Assembly: GCA_017428925.1 (NCBI GenBank)
Contig: JAFRPY010000005.1
Location: 29-64,028, forward strand
Direction: 5' to 3'
DNA from: Prevotella sp.
Lineage (GTDB): Bacteria; Bacteroidota; Bacteroidia; Bacteroidales; Bacteroidaceae
DNA: 64,000 bases
Under the pieces are notes generated by a model, which was given only the letters and a program-made list of their open reading frames with translations, was not told the DNA's origin and did not search any database. Made by a program: the position numbers and the translations under genes. Every line of letters begins with the position of its first letter. The first letter of the stretch is position 1. Shown here piece by piece: positions 28,933 to 38,803 of the stretch.

Positions 28933-31900
28933 TTAGTTATGACCGTGAGTGGTATCGATGTGCCAGCGGATGGTTTCCTTGAGTGAACCCCACTCGTAGA
29001 AGATCTCGATTGGAACAATGATATCGAACTCAGTCACGTTAGGATTGTTATTCTGATAGTAGATAGAACCGAAGCGGAGCTTCTTGTTCAGATCCTCAGG
29101 ATAAACACCCATGTACTCCTCGATTGCACCTTCCTTGTCCTGATAGTAGAACTGGTTCGGAGTGATGAGACCCCAGTTGCTTGCATCGATGCTGTAAGCA
29201 TTTGGCAGAGGCATACCAATCCACTGGTTTCCGCTGGCATCCCAGCCTTCACCCCAGATCACCTTGGCGTTTGTCATGTAAGGCTTACCAGCCCAGAGGT
29301 CTAACTGGCTGCTGACCTGACTGAGATAGACGAACGTATTAGGATCAGACTGGTGCATGTTGGTCTTCACAACGCTTGGACGCATATCAAGAGAGATACC
29401 CTTCACATTGTAGTAAGCCCAGAACCAGTAGTGGTTGTTAGCCATATCGTTGCTTACGCGGTACATGTAACCCTGCTTGTAGTTGAAGTCACCGTTTCCA
29501 GCGTAGTCACCACGCCAGTCGAACAGCTTCAGGTTGTCGAGCAGATAGAGGGTATTCTCCTCAGTCTTAGCGTCGAGAGCGTACTGCGTGTCAGGAGTCT
29601 TCAGGTTGATAGGACGCTGCCAAGAAACCAGATAAGTAGCGATGTTGTGGTCCTCACGGAGAGCCTGCTCAACGAACTTAGCTACGTCGCAGCCAGTGTT
29701 AGCAGCCAGACCAACCCATGCGCGGAACTGCTGGTTGATGTACTTCTGAGCGTACTCATAGTCGCAAGTACCGTCAGCCTTCATCGGATAACCGAGGGCA
29801 TTCAAGATGTCGTAGAGAACAATATTCTCAGTGGTATTAACGACATTGCTTGGCAGCCAGTGGATCAGACGGATCTGACCAGCTTGATACTTAGTAGCTG
29901 CGAGATTAGCTGCTGTGATACCATTCTGCTCCTGCTGAACGATTTCAGCAATCGGAGTGTAGGTGTTACCAACCTTAGCATAGAGGATAGTGTTGTTGAA
30001 CATACCCTTGTTGTAGTCGGTAGCGCAGGTGGTCATCAGCGTCTTCAGAGCTTCCTCAGAACGATAGCCAGCGTCAGAGCCAGACCAGTCGAACGACTGA
30101 GAAGTAGCATTCCAAGCACCTACCCAAGTGTGGTAGTCATTCTTCGTGATCTTAACAGCAGGCTGGAAGTAGTTGACCATTGTACCATTGGTGTGTACAC
30201 CGTCGGTCCAGTTGTCAGTAGGCTCAACAGAGTTCTGATAAGTGTGCTGGTAGATGTACTTGCAGTACAGGCGCTTCCAGTCAACATCGCTGCTGCTGCT
30301 CTGCGGAGTGATGGTGTATACAGTACCGCTCTGACCCTTGATGGTGTAGGTCTTCGGAGCGAAGTAGTACTTCATGCGCTTGTCGTAGTTGCCAACCTTA
30401 ACCTTAGAACCAGAGAGGTTCGGAGCACCAGCGTGCCATGCGATGGCATCACCAGCAGGTGTGAAGTCTTGCGGCAGACGGATGTAGTTTTCGGTGAGGC
30501 GGTCAGACATGTGAGTATCCCAGTGCTTGTCCTCAGTGGTCAGCAGAGTGCTACCCGGAGCCATGATATCGCTGATAGTAGCGGACCATCCCTTCTCAAC
30601 TTCAGAAGTAGCGAGAGTTCCAGCAGGATTCCAGTTGTACCAGAAGTTGTTGGTCTTCTCCTCGTAGTAAACTACGGTGCGGTCGCGGTCGATGTTCATG
30701 GTCAGCTGCAGCCAGATGTAACGATAAGGAGCGTCGCTGTAAGTGTTGCTCTCACGATCGTTAACATCATCCTTAGCCTTCCAGCGGATCCAACGAGTAA
30801 CCTTCACAGGATATTCGGTCTTGTGATGAGTCAGCCACTCGATTTCCTCCTCGTTGAGTTCCCAGCGGATCACATGGTTCGTCGGGCTACTTGCATTCAG
30901 ATAGAACACAGCGTTACCAAGGTAAGGCTTATCCTGGAATGCGAGGCAGGTGTTATCTTCATCAGCACCACCAGTCTGGATAGGCTTAGCGATGCTACCG
31001 TCAGAAGCGTTACCATAGATGTCACCGAAGTTGAAGATCTTCATCTCGTAACCACGAGACTGTCCGTCAGGAGTTGTACCTACGAAGAATGCATACGGAG
31101 TTACGAAGCGCTCCTCATTGGTAGGAACAGCAGTTGTACCAACGCGGCAATCTGCATGATAGGTGCGGTTGAAGGCTTCAATTTCCCAACCACCGAGAGT
31201 GTTCTGCAGAACTTCCTTGTCGAACTCAGCCCATGTGGTCTCCATTGCGAGAGGATCGCAGAGGTTGAACTCCTTGTCCTGAGCACGTACAACAGCAGTA
31301 GCGTTGTCCTGAGTGTGGCAGATGTGGAGCAGGATGTAACCATCGAGCAGCACGTCACCATTGCCGTTCTTCAGCATCACGCGAACCAGAGGCTCACGGT
31401 CAACAGAAGACTTGTCCTGCTTGTCCTGAGTGTGACCCATACCAACAGCATCGTATTCAATGCTCTTGGCGATAACGATACCAGAACCGTCGGTCAGGTC
31501 GCTGGCGAGGATGCCATTGATCTGGTTGGTAGTCTTACTGATTGACTGATTTTCAGCAGCAGCAAGGTCAGTGTCCTTAAAGGTTGCATAGCGAGAGTCG
31601 CGGGTAGCGTTGGTGGTGATGATGTAGTCAACCAGCTGGAACTCGTAGTGCAGGCCGAATGCAGCCTCTTCACCGTAAGCCCATGTACCGATGTCGTAAA
31701 CAGTACCATCGTAAACGCCCGGAGTGTCGGTCTCACGCTTCTTGTAGTTCTCCTTCAGGTAGTGAACACCCAGATAAGGCTTCAGGTCAACACCTGCGGG
31801 ATCGAGAGCGGGAAGCTCGAGAGCTGCACCGTTAGGATCGTTCAGAGCCTCTTCGGGAGAGTCCCAAATGTGGATACGACCGGCCTCAACAGTACAGTCG

Positions 31901-33774
31901 AAGTGTTCGTCCTTTGCCCAACCTTCCTCGTCACCGATACGGGTGCCAGGAGTGGTAGCGTTAGGACCGAGGTCAGGATAGTTCTTGAGCGTAGGCTCAA
32001 TGTACTGAGGCTTGTTGTACCAAATCAGACCTTCAAGCTGTACACGTGTCGGCATCAGCAGAGCATAGTCGGAGGTGATGATGTCACCCTCGGCGTTCGT
32101 CAGCTGCAGAGCCACGGTGTTGTCAGTATTGTTCTTATCATACTTATACTTGGTGAATCCGTACCAGCTGCCATAGTTGGCGTAAACCTCGCCTTCCTGG
32201 TTCTTAGGATCGGTGAATGCACCGAGCGGACCAGCGGTTGTACCGTCAGAAGCAACAGTGGCATTCTCAGGCCAGCTTGCAGTACCAGCTTCGGTGTTAC
32301 CGTTAGGATTGATGGTCTCGTCGGTTGGCCAAGGAGCAAGCTTGTCGGGATGTGCAATCTGAATACCAGCGGTCAGCACACCAGCCTTGGTAGAGAACGA
32401 ACCGTACTTCCGGCTCCACTGTCCCTGCTGTCCGTATTCGAGACGGAGCATCTTGCCCCATGCACCATACTTCTTAGCATCATACACAAGTAGCTGATTA
32501 GCATAGAAGTTCTTCGGAGAACCTACGCCGAGAGCAGACTCAGAAGCACGGGTGTTGTAGTAGATTACATCCGGCTCAAGAACGTTGAACTTAGGAGCGT
32601 TGTCATCGTAGTCAGCAACAGCAGAAGAAGGATTCATGTGGTACTGAACTGCCCATGCGGGACCATAGATCCACTCGTCCTGGCTGGTCAGCGTGCGCTT
32701 CTTCACATCGAGCTGATCGTCATAACCAGTACCCTTCACGATTGTGTTTGTAGCGGGATCCCAGTGACGAGCCAGAGTGTTAGGAATCCAGTCGATTACA
32801 TCAGCCTGATTGAACGTAACGTCGTGCAGGTCAGAAGCATCAACAGTTCCGTGGTGGTCTACGTCATCGAAATATCCGGCGGGATAATTGCGCAGATAAG
32901 TAGCACGCAGGATAGAGTCACCCAACCAAGGATACTCGATGGCCTCGATACCGTCGAGATAGGTGAACGGAACGAACACGAGGCTCTTCAGTGTACCAGT
33001 CAGAGAAATGACAACGCGGCCATTCTCAGCGTCGGCAACACCGTCGAGGATGAGTTCATCTTCAGAGAGAACAGCAGTTACACCAGAAGTGGTGTTTATT
33101 CCGATGAAGCTGATGCTTGTAGCCTCAACGAATGCGCCGTTCTTGTAAAGGTCGAAGCAACCGGTAGAAGAGTTGGGAACGTAGTAGATGGAGTCACCAT
33201 CCTTACCGTCCTTACCGTCCTTACCATTCTGGCCGTCCTGACCATCCTGACCGGGCTGGCCGTCAGCACCAGGCTGGCCGTCCTGACCAGACTGACCTTC
33301 ACGGCAGTCGCAAACAGCTTTGTAATCGGTCTTTTCACCATCCTTGTACCAATAACCATCGTCACCGATAGTCCAGACAGTAGCATCCTTACCGGCAGGA
33401 CCAGTAGCACCAGTAGCACCAGTAGCACCAGTAGCACCAGTTGCACCGGTAGCGCCAGTAGCTCCAGTAGCACCAGTGTCACCCTTGTCGCCCTTGTCAC
33501 CTTTCTCACCCTTGATACCATAGATGTTGGTAGAAGTACCATTACCCATGGTAACAGTGATACCAGGCTGAGGAGAAGAGATTTCGACCACGCTCTTCAC
33601 GTAATCGCCTTTGCTAATCCACTGCAGAATCTGATCAATGCTACTCTTGTTGGCATCGATCTGCTTTTGGAGATTATTGATGTCGTCATCATAATCCTTA
33701 CAAGACGTGATCGTGCTTGTAGCCATGAAAGCAAATGCAGCGAGAAGCAAAGCACTAAAAACTTTCTTTTTCAT
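28933..33774 (-). CDS. Giant surface lipoprotein with collagen-like stalk (S-layer/adhesin-like)
   Basis: Lipobox TSC-KDYDDDI, coiled coil, two Gly-X-Y tracts flanking IGDDGYWY; strongly biased codon usage. Confidence 0.85.
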   Translation of the reverse strand: MKKKVFSALLLAAFAFMATSTITSCKDYDDDINNLQKQIDANKSSIDQILQWISKGDYVKSVVEISSPQPGITVTMGNGTSTNIYGIKGEKGDKGDKGDTGATGATGATGATGATGATGATGATGPAGKDATVWTIGDDGYWYKDGEKTDYKAVCDCREGQSGQDGQPGADGQPGQDGQDGQNGKDGKDGKDGDSIYYVPNSSTGCFDLYKNGAFVEATSISFIGINTTSGVTAVLSEDELILDGVADAENGRVVISLTGTLKSLVFVPFTYLDGIEAIEYPWLGDSILRATYLRNYPAGYFDDVDHHGTVDASDLHDVTFNQADVIDWIPNTLARHWDPATNTIVKGTGYDDQLDVKKRTLTSQDEWIYGPAWAVQYHMNPSSAVADYDDNAPKFNVLEPDVIYYNTRASESALGVGSPKNFYANQLLVYDAKKYGAWGKMLRLEYGQQGQWSRKYGSFSTKAGVLTAGIQIAHPDKLAPWPTDETINPNGNTEAGTASWPENATVASDGTTAGPLGAFTDPKNQEGEVYANYGSWYGFTKYKYDKNNTDNTVALQLTNAEGDIITSDYALLMPTRVQLEGLIWYNKPQYIEPTLKNYPDLGPNATTPGTRIGDEEGWAKDEHFDCTVEAGRIHIWDSPEEALNDPNGAALELPALDPAGVDLKPYLGVHYLKENYKKRETDTPGVYDGTVYDIGTWAYGEEAAFGLHYEFQLVDYIITTNATRDSRYATFKDTDLAAAENQSISKTTNQINGILASDLTDGSGIVIAKSIEYDAVGMGHTQDKQDKSSVDREPLVRVMLKNGNGDVLLDGYILLHICHTQDNATAVVRAQDKEFNLCDPLAMETTWAEFDKEVLQNTLGGWEIEAFNRTYHADCRVGTTAVPTNEERFVTPYAFFVGTTPDGQSRGYEMKIFNFGDIYGNASDGSIAKPIQTGGADEDNTCLAFQDKPYLGNAVFYLNASSPTNHVIRWELNEEEIEWLTHHKTEYPVKVTRWIRWKAKDDVNDRESNTYSDAPYRYIWLQLTMNIDRDRTVVYYEEKTNNFWYNWNPAGTLATSEVEKGWSATISDIMAPGSTLLTTEDKHWDTHMSDRLTENYIRLPQDFTPAGDAIAWHAGAPNLSGSKVKVGNYDKRMKYYFAPKTYTIKGQSGTVYTITPQSSSSDVDWKRLYCKYIYQHTYQNSVEPTDNWTDGVHTNGTMVNYFQPAVKITKNDYHTWVGAWNATSQSFDWSGSDAGYRSEEALKTLMTTCATDYNKGMFNNTILYAKVGNTYTPIAEIVQQEQNGITAANLAATKYQAGQIRLIHWLPSNVVNTTENIVLYDILNALGYPMKADGTCDYEYAQKYINQQFRAWVGLAANTGCDVAKFVEQALREDHNIATYLVSWQRPINLKTPDTQYALDAKTEENTLYLLDNLKLFDWRGDYAGNGDFNYKQGYMYRVSNDMANNHYWFWAYYNVKGISLDMRPSVVKTNMHQSDPNTFVYLSQVSSQLDLWAGKPYMTNAKVIWGEGWDASGNQWIGMPLPNAYSIDASNWGLITPNQFYYQDKEGAIEEYMGVYPEDLNKKLRFGSIYYQNNNPNVTEFDIIVPIEIFYEWGSLKETIRWHIDTTHGHN
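33192..33519 (-). repeat. Collagen-coding repeats, including (GGTGCTACT)n
   Basis: About 15 Gly-X-Y triplets with GAT x8 and about 11 GQD/GKD-type triplets; near-perfect 9-bp tandem at 33400-33477. Confidence 0.9.
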
Positions 33775-33875
33775 TAGACTAATAATTTAAATTAAACAAA
33801 ATTGAATATAAAATGTTCCTAAATTCTCTCACGATTACGCACACTCCTTTTGGGGAGATATACAGTAATTTTGTG

Positions 33876-33907
33876 CAAATATACGCTTAATTATTATATT
33901 GCGCAAA
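33876..33907 (-). promoter_or_regulatory. Proximal promoter of the giant lipoprotein operon
   Basis: TTTG (33904-33907), 20 bp, TATATTTG (33876-33883). Confidence 0.75.
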
Positions 33908-34152
33908 CATTCTCCAATATTTTTTCACAAAATGAAGGTTTTTTAACATTTCCAACATATCTTGATTAAAATTTGGCGTTGCGCGGGGATTTCAGTTCAT
34001 AGAAACTGGCTGCTTGTACTCGTGCGGCATACACCTATTATTATATACGCGCGCGCGAGGGAATAAAAGACAATCTTCATCTCTCATAGGCAAATGGATT
34101 AATGGTTAAATAATTGTTTGTCTGTATCATAGTGTGATTTTTTAATTCAGTG

Positions 34153-34184
34153 CAAAAGTAGTACATTTTTGTTTATCTTCCAAA
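34153..34184 (-). promoter_or_regulatory. Second (distal) minus-strand promoter
   Basis: TTTG (34181-34184), 20 bp, TACTTTTG (34153-34160). Confidence 0.65.
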
Positions 34185-34457
34185 TTTTTTCTTAACTTTT
34201 TTTGCTTTTGTGCCTAATAATTAACGAAATACGAAGAAAAACGAAACTGTAATATATCCAATTGCAGAACACATAGACACGAATCAATAGATTTTTAGCA
34301 TGCCATCCAAGTAATTTTAAATGACACGATGCCTATAATATTTAATAAGGTAGAGAACCAGTGACCAAACTCACTGGGCGGAATGAGATTATATTTGTAT
34401 AAGAAAGTTTATGGCAGCAGGATGAAATCGAAAAAACACCAAAATTTAAAGACTTCT

Positions 34458-34489
34458 TTTGCGGTTTTCTAAAATATTCTTTATCTTTG
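34458..34489 (+). promoter_or_regulatory. Promoter of the small ORF / DUF6169-like pair
   Basis: TTTG (34458-34461), 20 bp, TATCTTTG (34482-34489). Confidence 0.7.
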
Positions 34490-34516
34490 TCCCAAAATTA
34501 CTATAAATATTGGATT

Positions 34517-34645
34517 ATGGGAGTAAAGACGAAAAAAGAAGAGGCACTGGAGTTCCTTAAGGCAGCGATTAAACACAAGCAGGAATGGCGTAAGGAGTTA
34601 GAGGCTGAGTTTAAGGGAAAAGAGGTAAGCGTGGAATTCCTATGA
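34517..34645 (+). CDS. 42-aa charged helical protein (not in the ORF track)
   Basis: MGVKTKKEEALEFLKAAIKHKQEWRKELEAEFKGKEVSVEFL*; follows a consensus promoter and overlaps the next gene by ATGA. Confidence 0.7.
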   Translation: MGVKTKKEEALEFLKAAIKHKQEWRKELEAEFKGKEVSVEFL

Positions 34646-35136
34646 TAAAACTCTCGCTTGAGCACATTAATGCCAAGTCACCCTATGAGGTGAGGGAGAA
34701 AGGGGGCGGTTATGAATTCCGCACAGAAGGAGGCATACTCTATCGTATACGTTTCCTCGAAGAGAATCCGATTGGAGGCTGTGACACTTACCAATTTGCA
34801 ATCTCCAAGATAGATAATGTGCGCTCGTCTCACGATCCTAACATCAGTGCGATCACGTTCATCATTATAGACGAGTTCTTCAGTGAATATGAGAACGTTT
34901 TGCTCTATTATTGCGACTCCGCCGACCACCGCGAGGCTGGTAGAAACAGGCTTTTCATCCGTTGGTTTGAAAAAGCTGCTAATCCCAACAGGTTTACCAT
35001 CCGCACTACTCATGTATCTATTGAAGGCCAAGAACTCTATGTGGCTATCATTGTGGAAAATCGAAATTCACGGTTAAAAGCCATTACTAATGAATTTGAC
35101 ACTACGGTTGCTGCTTTGACAGATAAACCGCAATAG
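34642..35136 (+). CDS. DUF6169-like hypothetical protein
   Basis: LSLEHINAKSPY, HDPNI, IIDEFF, LLYYCDSAD.R...RNRLFIRWF pattern; family assigned from recall. Confidence 0.7.
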   Translation: MIKLSLEHINAKSPYEVREKGGGYEFRTEGGILYRIRFLEENPIGGCDTYQFAISKIDNVRSSHDPNISAITFIIIDEFFSEYENVLLYYCDSADHREAGRNRLFIRWFEKAANPNRFTIRTTHVSIEGQELYVAIIVENRNSRLKAITNEFDTTVAALTDKPQ

Positions 35137-35313
35137 TAAAGAAAATTCTGAATTTTGGTGCGCTGAGAATCGCGTGGAAGACAGGAGGCGGACTTTTGGC
35201 GGCAAATAGGCGAGTTTTGAGCGGTTTTCCGCAATATGTTGATAATGAATTACTTGCGCGAATATTTCTGAATATTAAGCGGTTTTTCGAAATCCCCGAA
35301 ATCTAAATCATAG

Positions 35314-35445
35314 GCAATTGGACTGCAACTGAGGGTCAGTTGCAGTCCAATTGCGTTTTATCCGGACTTTAATTGCGTGTGATTCAGACTTCAAAAGATT
35401 AGGATTTGGACTTTAAAAGCACATTATTTGCAGTGCAAAAGAACC
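35314..35445. repeat. Degenerate 22-bp tandem array starting with a perfect inverted repeat
   Basis: GCAATTGGACTGCAACTGA-ggg-TCAGTTGCAGTCCAATTGC (two units), then four more units in the same 22-bp phase. Confidence 0.75.
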
Positions 35446-35572
35446 GTTTCCGAACTTGAAAACCATAGAAACATTAAAAAAACGCCCATTTCATCGCTAT
35501 TTTTAGGCAAATCGTGGAGGCGGAAATGTCGGAAATTTTGACAAGCGCGAGCACCGGAACGGGCGAGGCATC

Positions 35573-35611
35573 AAAAAAATCCTCCAAGGCCATGCGGCGA
35601 AGGAGGATTTT
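35573..35611 (-). terminator. Terminator of asnS
   Basis: AAAATCCTCC ... GGAGGATTTT with a T-run on the minus strand. Confidence 0.7.
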
Positions 35612-35624
35612 ATCGATGAAATGG

Positions 35625-37058
35625 TCAAAATTCAGCGTTTTTGGGTGTTCGCGGGAAGGGTATGACGTCGCGGATATTTTGCATTCCAGTGACGAAAAGG
35701 ATGAGCCGCTCGAAACCGAGTCCGAATCCGCCATGAGGGCAGGTGCCGAACTTTCGGGTGTCGAGATACCACCACATATCCTTCATGGGCACGCCACGAC
35801 GGTTGATTTCGGCCATCAGCTTGTCGTAGTTCTCCTCACGGACACTGCCACCGATGATTTCGCCAATCTGCGGGAACAGCACGTCGGTGCCCTGAACGGT
35901 CTTGTCATCGTCGTTCAACTTCATGTAGAAGGCCTTGATATCCTTAGGATAATCGGTCATGATGACCGGTTTCTTGAAGTATTCTTCCACCAGGTAGCGC
36001 TCGTGCTCGCTGGCGAGATCATCACCCCACTCGCATGGGAACTCGAACTTATGACCGTTCTTGATGGCCTCCTGCAGGATTTCTATGCCCTTGGTGTAAG
36101 GAAGACGAACGAAATCCTCCTTCAACACACCCTCAAGACGGGCAATGAGTCCCTTGTCGATCATCTTGTTGAGGAACTCAAGGTCGTCACGGCAATTGTC
36201 GAGAGCCCATCGTACACAATGCTTGATGAAGTCTTCTTCCAAGTCCATCAGGTCGTTCAGGTCGATAAAGGCAACTTCCGGCTCAATCATCCAGAACTCG
36301 GCAAGATGACGGGGGGTGTTGCTGTTCTCAGCCCGGAAAGTGGGTCCGAAGGTGTAGATGGCTCCTAAAGCCGTTGCACCGAGTTCGCCTTCCAGCTGTC
36401 CGGAGACGGTGAGCGAGGTGGTCTTTCCGAAGAAATCATCGTCGTAGATGATTTTCCCATCCTCGTCTTTCTTCAGGTCGTAGAGATTTTTTGTCGTTAC
36501 CTGGAACATCTGCCCTGCCCCTTCGCAGTCGCTGGCAGTGATGAGCGGTGAATGGAAATAGAAGTATCCATGACGGTGGAAATAGTCGTGGATGGCAATG
36601 GCCATGTTATGCCGTATGCGCATGACGGCACCAAATGTGTTGGTGCGCAGGCGCAGATGGGCATACTGGCGCATATACTCGAAACTCTGGCCTTTCTTCT
36701 GCATGGGATAGTCGGATCCGCAGAGGCCGTAGATTTCGATTTGCTCGCACTGGATTTCGCTGGCCTGTCCCTGGGCGGGGCTTTCCACCAACGTACCAAC
36801 AGCGGCAATACACGAGCCCGTGGTGATGAGCTTGAGTGCGTCGGCAACAGTAGTGCCCTCAGACGCATTCGCCGGAGCCTTCACGTCGACGGCAGCAGGA
36901 TCGACCACTATCTGGACGTTCTTAATGGTAGAACCATCGTTGAGGGCGATAAAATCGACAGCCTTGCTGCTGCGATGGGTGCGCACCCATCCCTTGACAC
37001 AGACTTTCTTGCCATATTCGGTGTCCTGAAGGACATCTGTCACTTTTGTTCTTTTCAT
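35625..37058 (-). CDS. asnS: Asparagine--tRNA ligase
   Basis: [55 protein letters not shown]. Confidence 0.98.
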   Translation of the reverse strand: MKRTKVTDVLQDTEYGKKVCVKGWVRTHRSSKAVDFIALNDGSTIKNVQIVVDPAAVDVKAPANASEGTTVADALKLITTGSCIAAVGTLVESPAQGQASEIQCEQIEIYGLCGSDYPMQKKGQSFEYMRQYAHLRLRTNTFGAVMRIRHNMAIAIHDYFHRHGYFYFHSPLITASDCEGAGQMFQVTTKNLYDLKKDEDGKIIYDDDFFGKTTSLTVSGQLEGELGATALGAIYTFGPTFRAENSNTPRHLAEFWMIEPEVAFIDLNDLMDLEEDFIKHCVRWALDNCRDDLEFLNKMIDKGLIARLEGVLKEDFVRLPYTKGIEILQEAIKNGHKFEFPCEWGDDLASEHERYLVEEYFKKPVIMTDYPKDIKAFYMKLNDDDKTVQGTDVLFPQIGEIIGGSVREENYDKLMAEINRRGVPMKDMWWYLDTRKFGTCPHGGFGLGFERLILFVTGMQNIRDVIPFPRTPKNAEF

Positions 37059-37064
37059 AATATG

Positions 37065-37224
37065 AGACCCACCCCCTACCCCTCCCTATATGGAGGGGAG
37101 CCAAATGACTCAATTGCAGACGATGGGCATTAAACTATACGATTATACTATTATTTTCCTGTCTATATTGAAGTGTAGAGACACATCCTTCCCCTCCCTA
37201 TAGGGAGGGGTTAGGGGGGGGTCT
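37065..37224. repeat. Inverted pair of REP-like palindromes (REPIN-like)
   Basis: AGACCCACCCCCTACCCCTCCCTATATGGAGGGGAG and its near reverse complement at about 37188-37224. Confidence 0.8.
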
Positions 37225-37225
37225 G

Positions 37226-38671
37226 TTATTCGAAAGCACCCATGCGGAGCATGTCAACCTCTTTCTCGGTAAGGAAGCGCCAGTCGCCCCGACGGAGATT
37301 TTTCTTGGTGAGTCCGGCAAACTGGACACGGTCGAGTTTCACCACGCGATAGCCGAGATTCTCGAAAATTCGGCGCACGATGCGGTTTTTGCCCGAGTGA
37401 ATCTCGATGCCCACCTGGCTCTTGTCGGTGTCGTTTGCATATTCAATGGCATCAGCATGCACCTCTCCGTCCTCAAGCTCGATGCCTTCGGCAATCTGCT
37501 GCATATCAGCAGCCGATACGTTTTTGTCGAGGAATACATGATAAACTTTCTTCTTGAGGAACTTGGGATGGGTGAGCTTCGAGGCCAGGTCGCCATCATT
37601 GGTCAGCAGGAGCACGCCTGTGGTGTTACGGTCGAGACGGCCAACGGGATAGATGCGCTCGGGACACACATTCTTGACAAGGTCCATCACGGTCTTGCGC
37701 TGCTGGGGATCGTCGCTGGTGGTGACATAATCCTTGGGTTTGTTGAGCAGCACGTAGACTTTCTTCTCCAATGTAACGGGCTGGTCGTGGAACTTGATTT
37801 CGTCGGAGCGAAGAATCTTTGTGCCAAGTTCGGTGACCACCTCGCCATTGACAGAGACCACACCTGCCTGGATGAACTCGTCGGCCTCGCGACGGCTGCA
37901 TACACCGGCGTTGGCCAGGAACTTGTTGAGACGTACCGGCTCGTTGGGATCAAAATTTTCCTCCTTGTATTCTATGCGTTTCTTCAGAGAATACTTGGCA
38001 TTGGGATTGTAAGGACCACGCTTGTTGTTGAAACCGCCACGCTGAGGGCCATAGCCGCCACCACGCTGGGGACCGTAGCCACCACCGCGCTGCTGGCCAT
38101 ATCCGCCACGCTGGGGACCATAACCGCCGCGCTGCTGGCCGTAGCCGCCACGCTGCTGGCCATACCCCTGCTGCTGACGGGGCTGATAACCGCCCTCTTC
38201 GTTGTTGTTGTAACGGGGACGGTAGCCACCCTGCTGCTGACGGGGCTGATATCCACCCTCCTCGTTGTTGTTGTAACGGGGACGATAGCCCTGCTGCTGA
38301 CGGGGCTGGTAGCCACCCTCTTCATTATTGTAACGGGGACGATAGCCGCCCTGCTGCTGACGAGGCTGGTAGCCGCCGCGCTGCTGGCCATATCCCTCAC
38401 GATTGTTATAACCGCCGCGAGGCTGGTAATTGCTGTGCTGCTGAGGAGCCTCCGACTGCAAATTTGCACCGAAGCCCTCAGGACGGAATCCACCCTCACC
38501 ATCACTGTTGTTAGGTCTTGGAGTGTATGCACGCTGTGCATGAATACGCGGACGTGGAGAGCGTCCCTGTGGTCGATAGTTGGAATAAGAAGGGCGATAA
38601 CCTTCACGGCTACCTTCATTGTTCTGCTCTGCAGACATTCCTTCGGTTTTGTTTTCTAATTCTTCTGACAT
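37226..38671 (-). CDS. rRNA pseudouridine synthase (RluB/RluF family) with long low-complexity N-terminus
   Basis: S4 domain RLNKFLANAGVCSRREAD, LNKPK, YPVGRLDRNTTGVLLLTNDG. Confidence 0.93.
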   Translation of the reverse strand: MSEELENKTEGMSAEQNNEGSREGYRPSYSNYRPQGRSPRPRIHAQRAYTPRPNNSDGEGGFRPEGFGANLQSEAPQQHSNYQPRGGYNNREGYGQQRGGYQPRQQQGGYRPRYNNEEGGYQPRQQQGYRPRYNNNEEGGYQPRQQQGGYRPRYNNNEEGGYQPRQQQGYGQQRGGYGQQRGGYGPQRGGYGQQRGGGYGPQRGGGYGPQRGGFNNKRGPYNPNAKYSLKKRIEYKEENFDPNEPVRLNKFLANAGVCSRREADEFIQAGVVSVNGEVVTELGTKILRSDEIKFHDQPVTLEKKVYVLLNKPKDYVTTSDDPQQRKTVMDLVKNVCPERIYPVGRLDRNTTGVLLLTNDGDLASKLTHPKFLKKKVYHVFLDKNVSAADMQQIAEGIELEDGEVHADAIEYANDTDKSQVGIEIHSGKNRIVRRIFENLGYRVVKLDRVQFAGLTKKNLRRGDWRFLTEKEVDMLRMGAFE

Positions 38672-38803
38672 TTTTTTTACTTTAAAAATTAAATACTAAG
38701 GTTGATAACTATAAAGACGCCTAATCACTTAGGCCGATTTTCAATATTTTTGCGGTGCGACCGCGAAACACCTGACGGTTTTTCGGCTGACGCGGCTCAT
38801 TCC

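Noticed and set aside
29353-33777. Long plus-strand ORFs (730, 281 and 379 aa) opposite the giant lipoprotein
   Set aside because: Antisense shadows of strongly biased codon usage with no recognisable motifs. The same applies to 24181-25350, 37397-38659, 57919-58959 and similar ORFs.
38750-38766. CGGTGCGACCG mini-hairpin, also present in reverse complement near 24117
   Set aside because: Only 11 bp shared between two copies; not distinguishable from chance without a genome-wide count.
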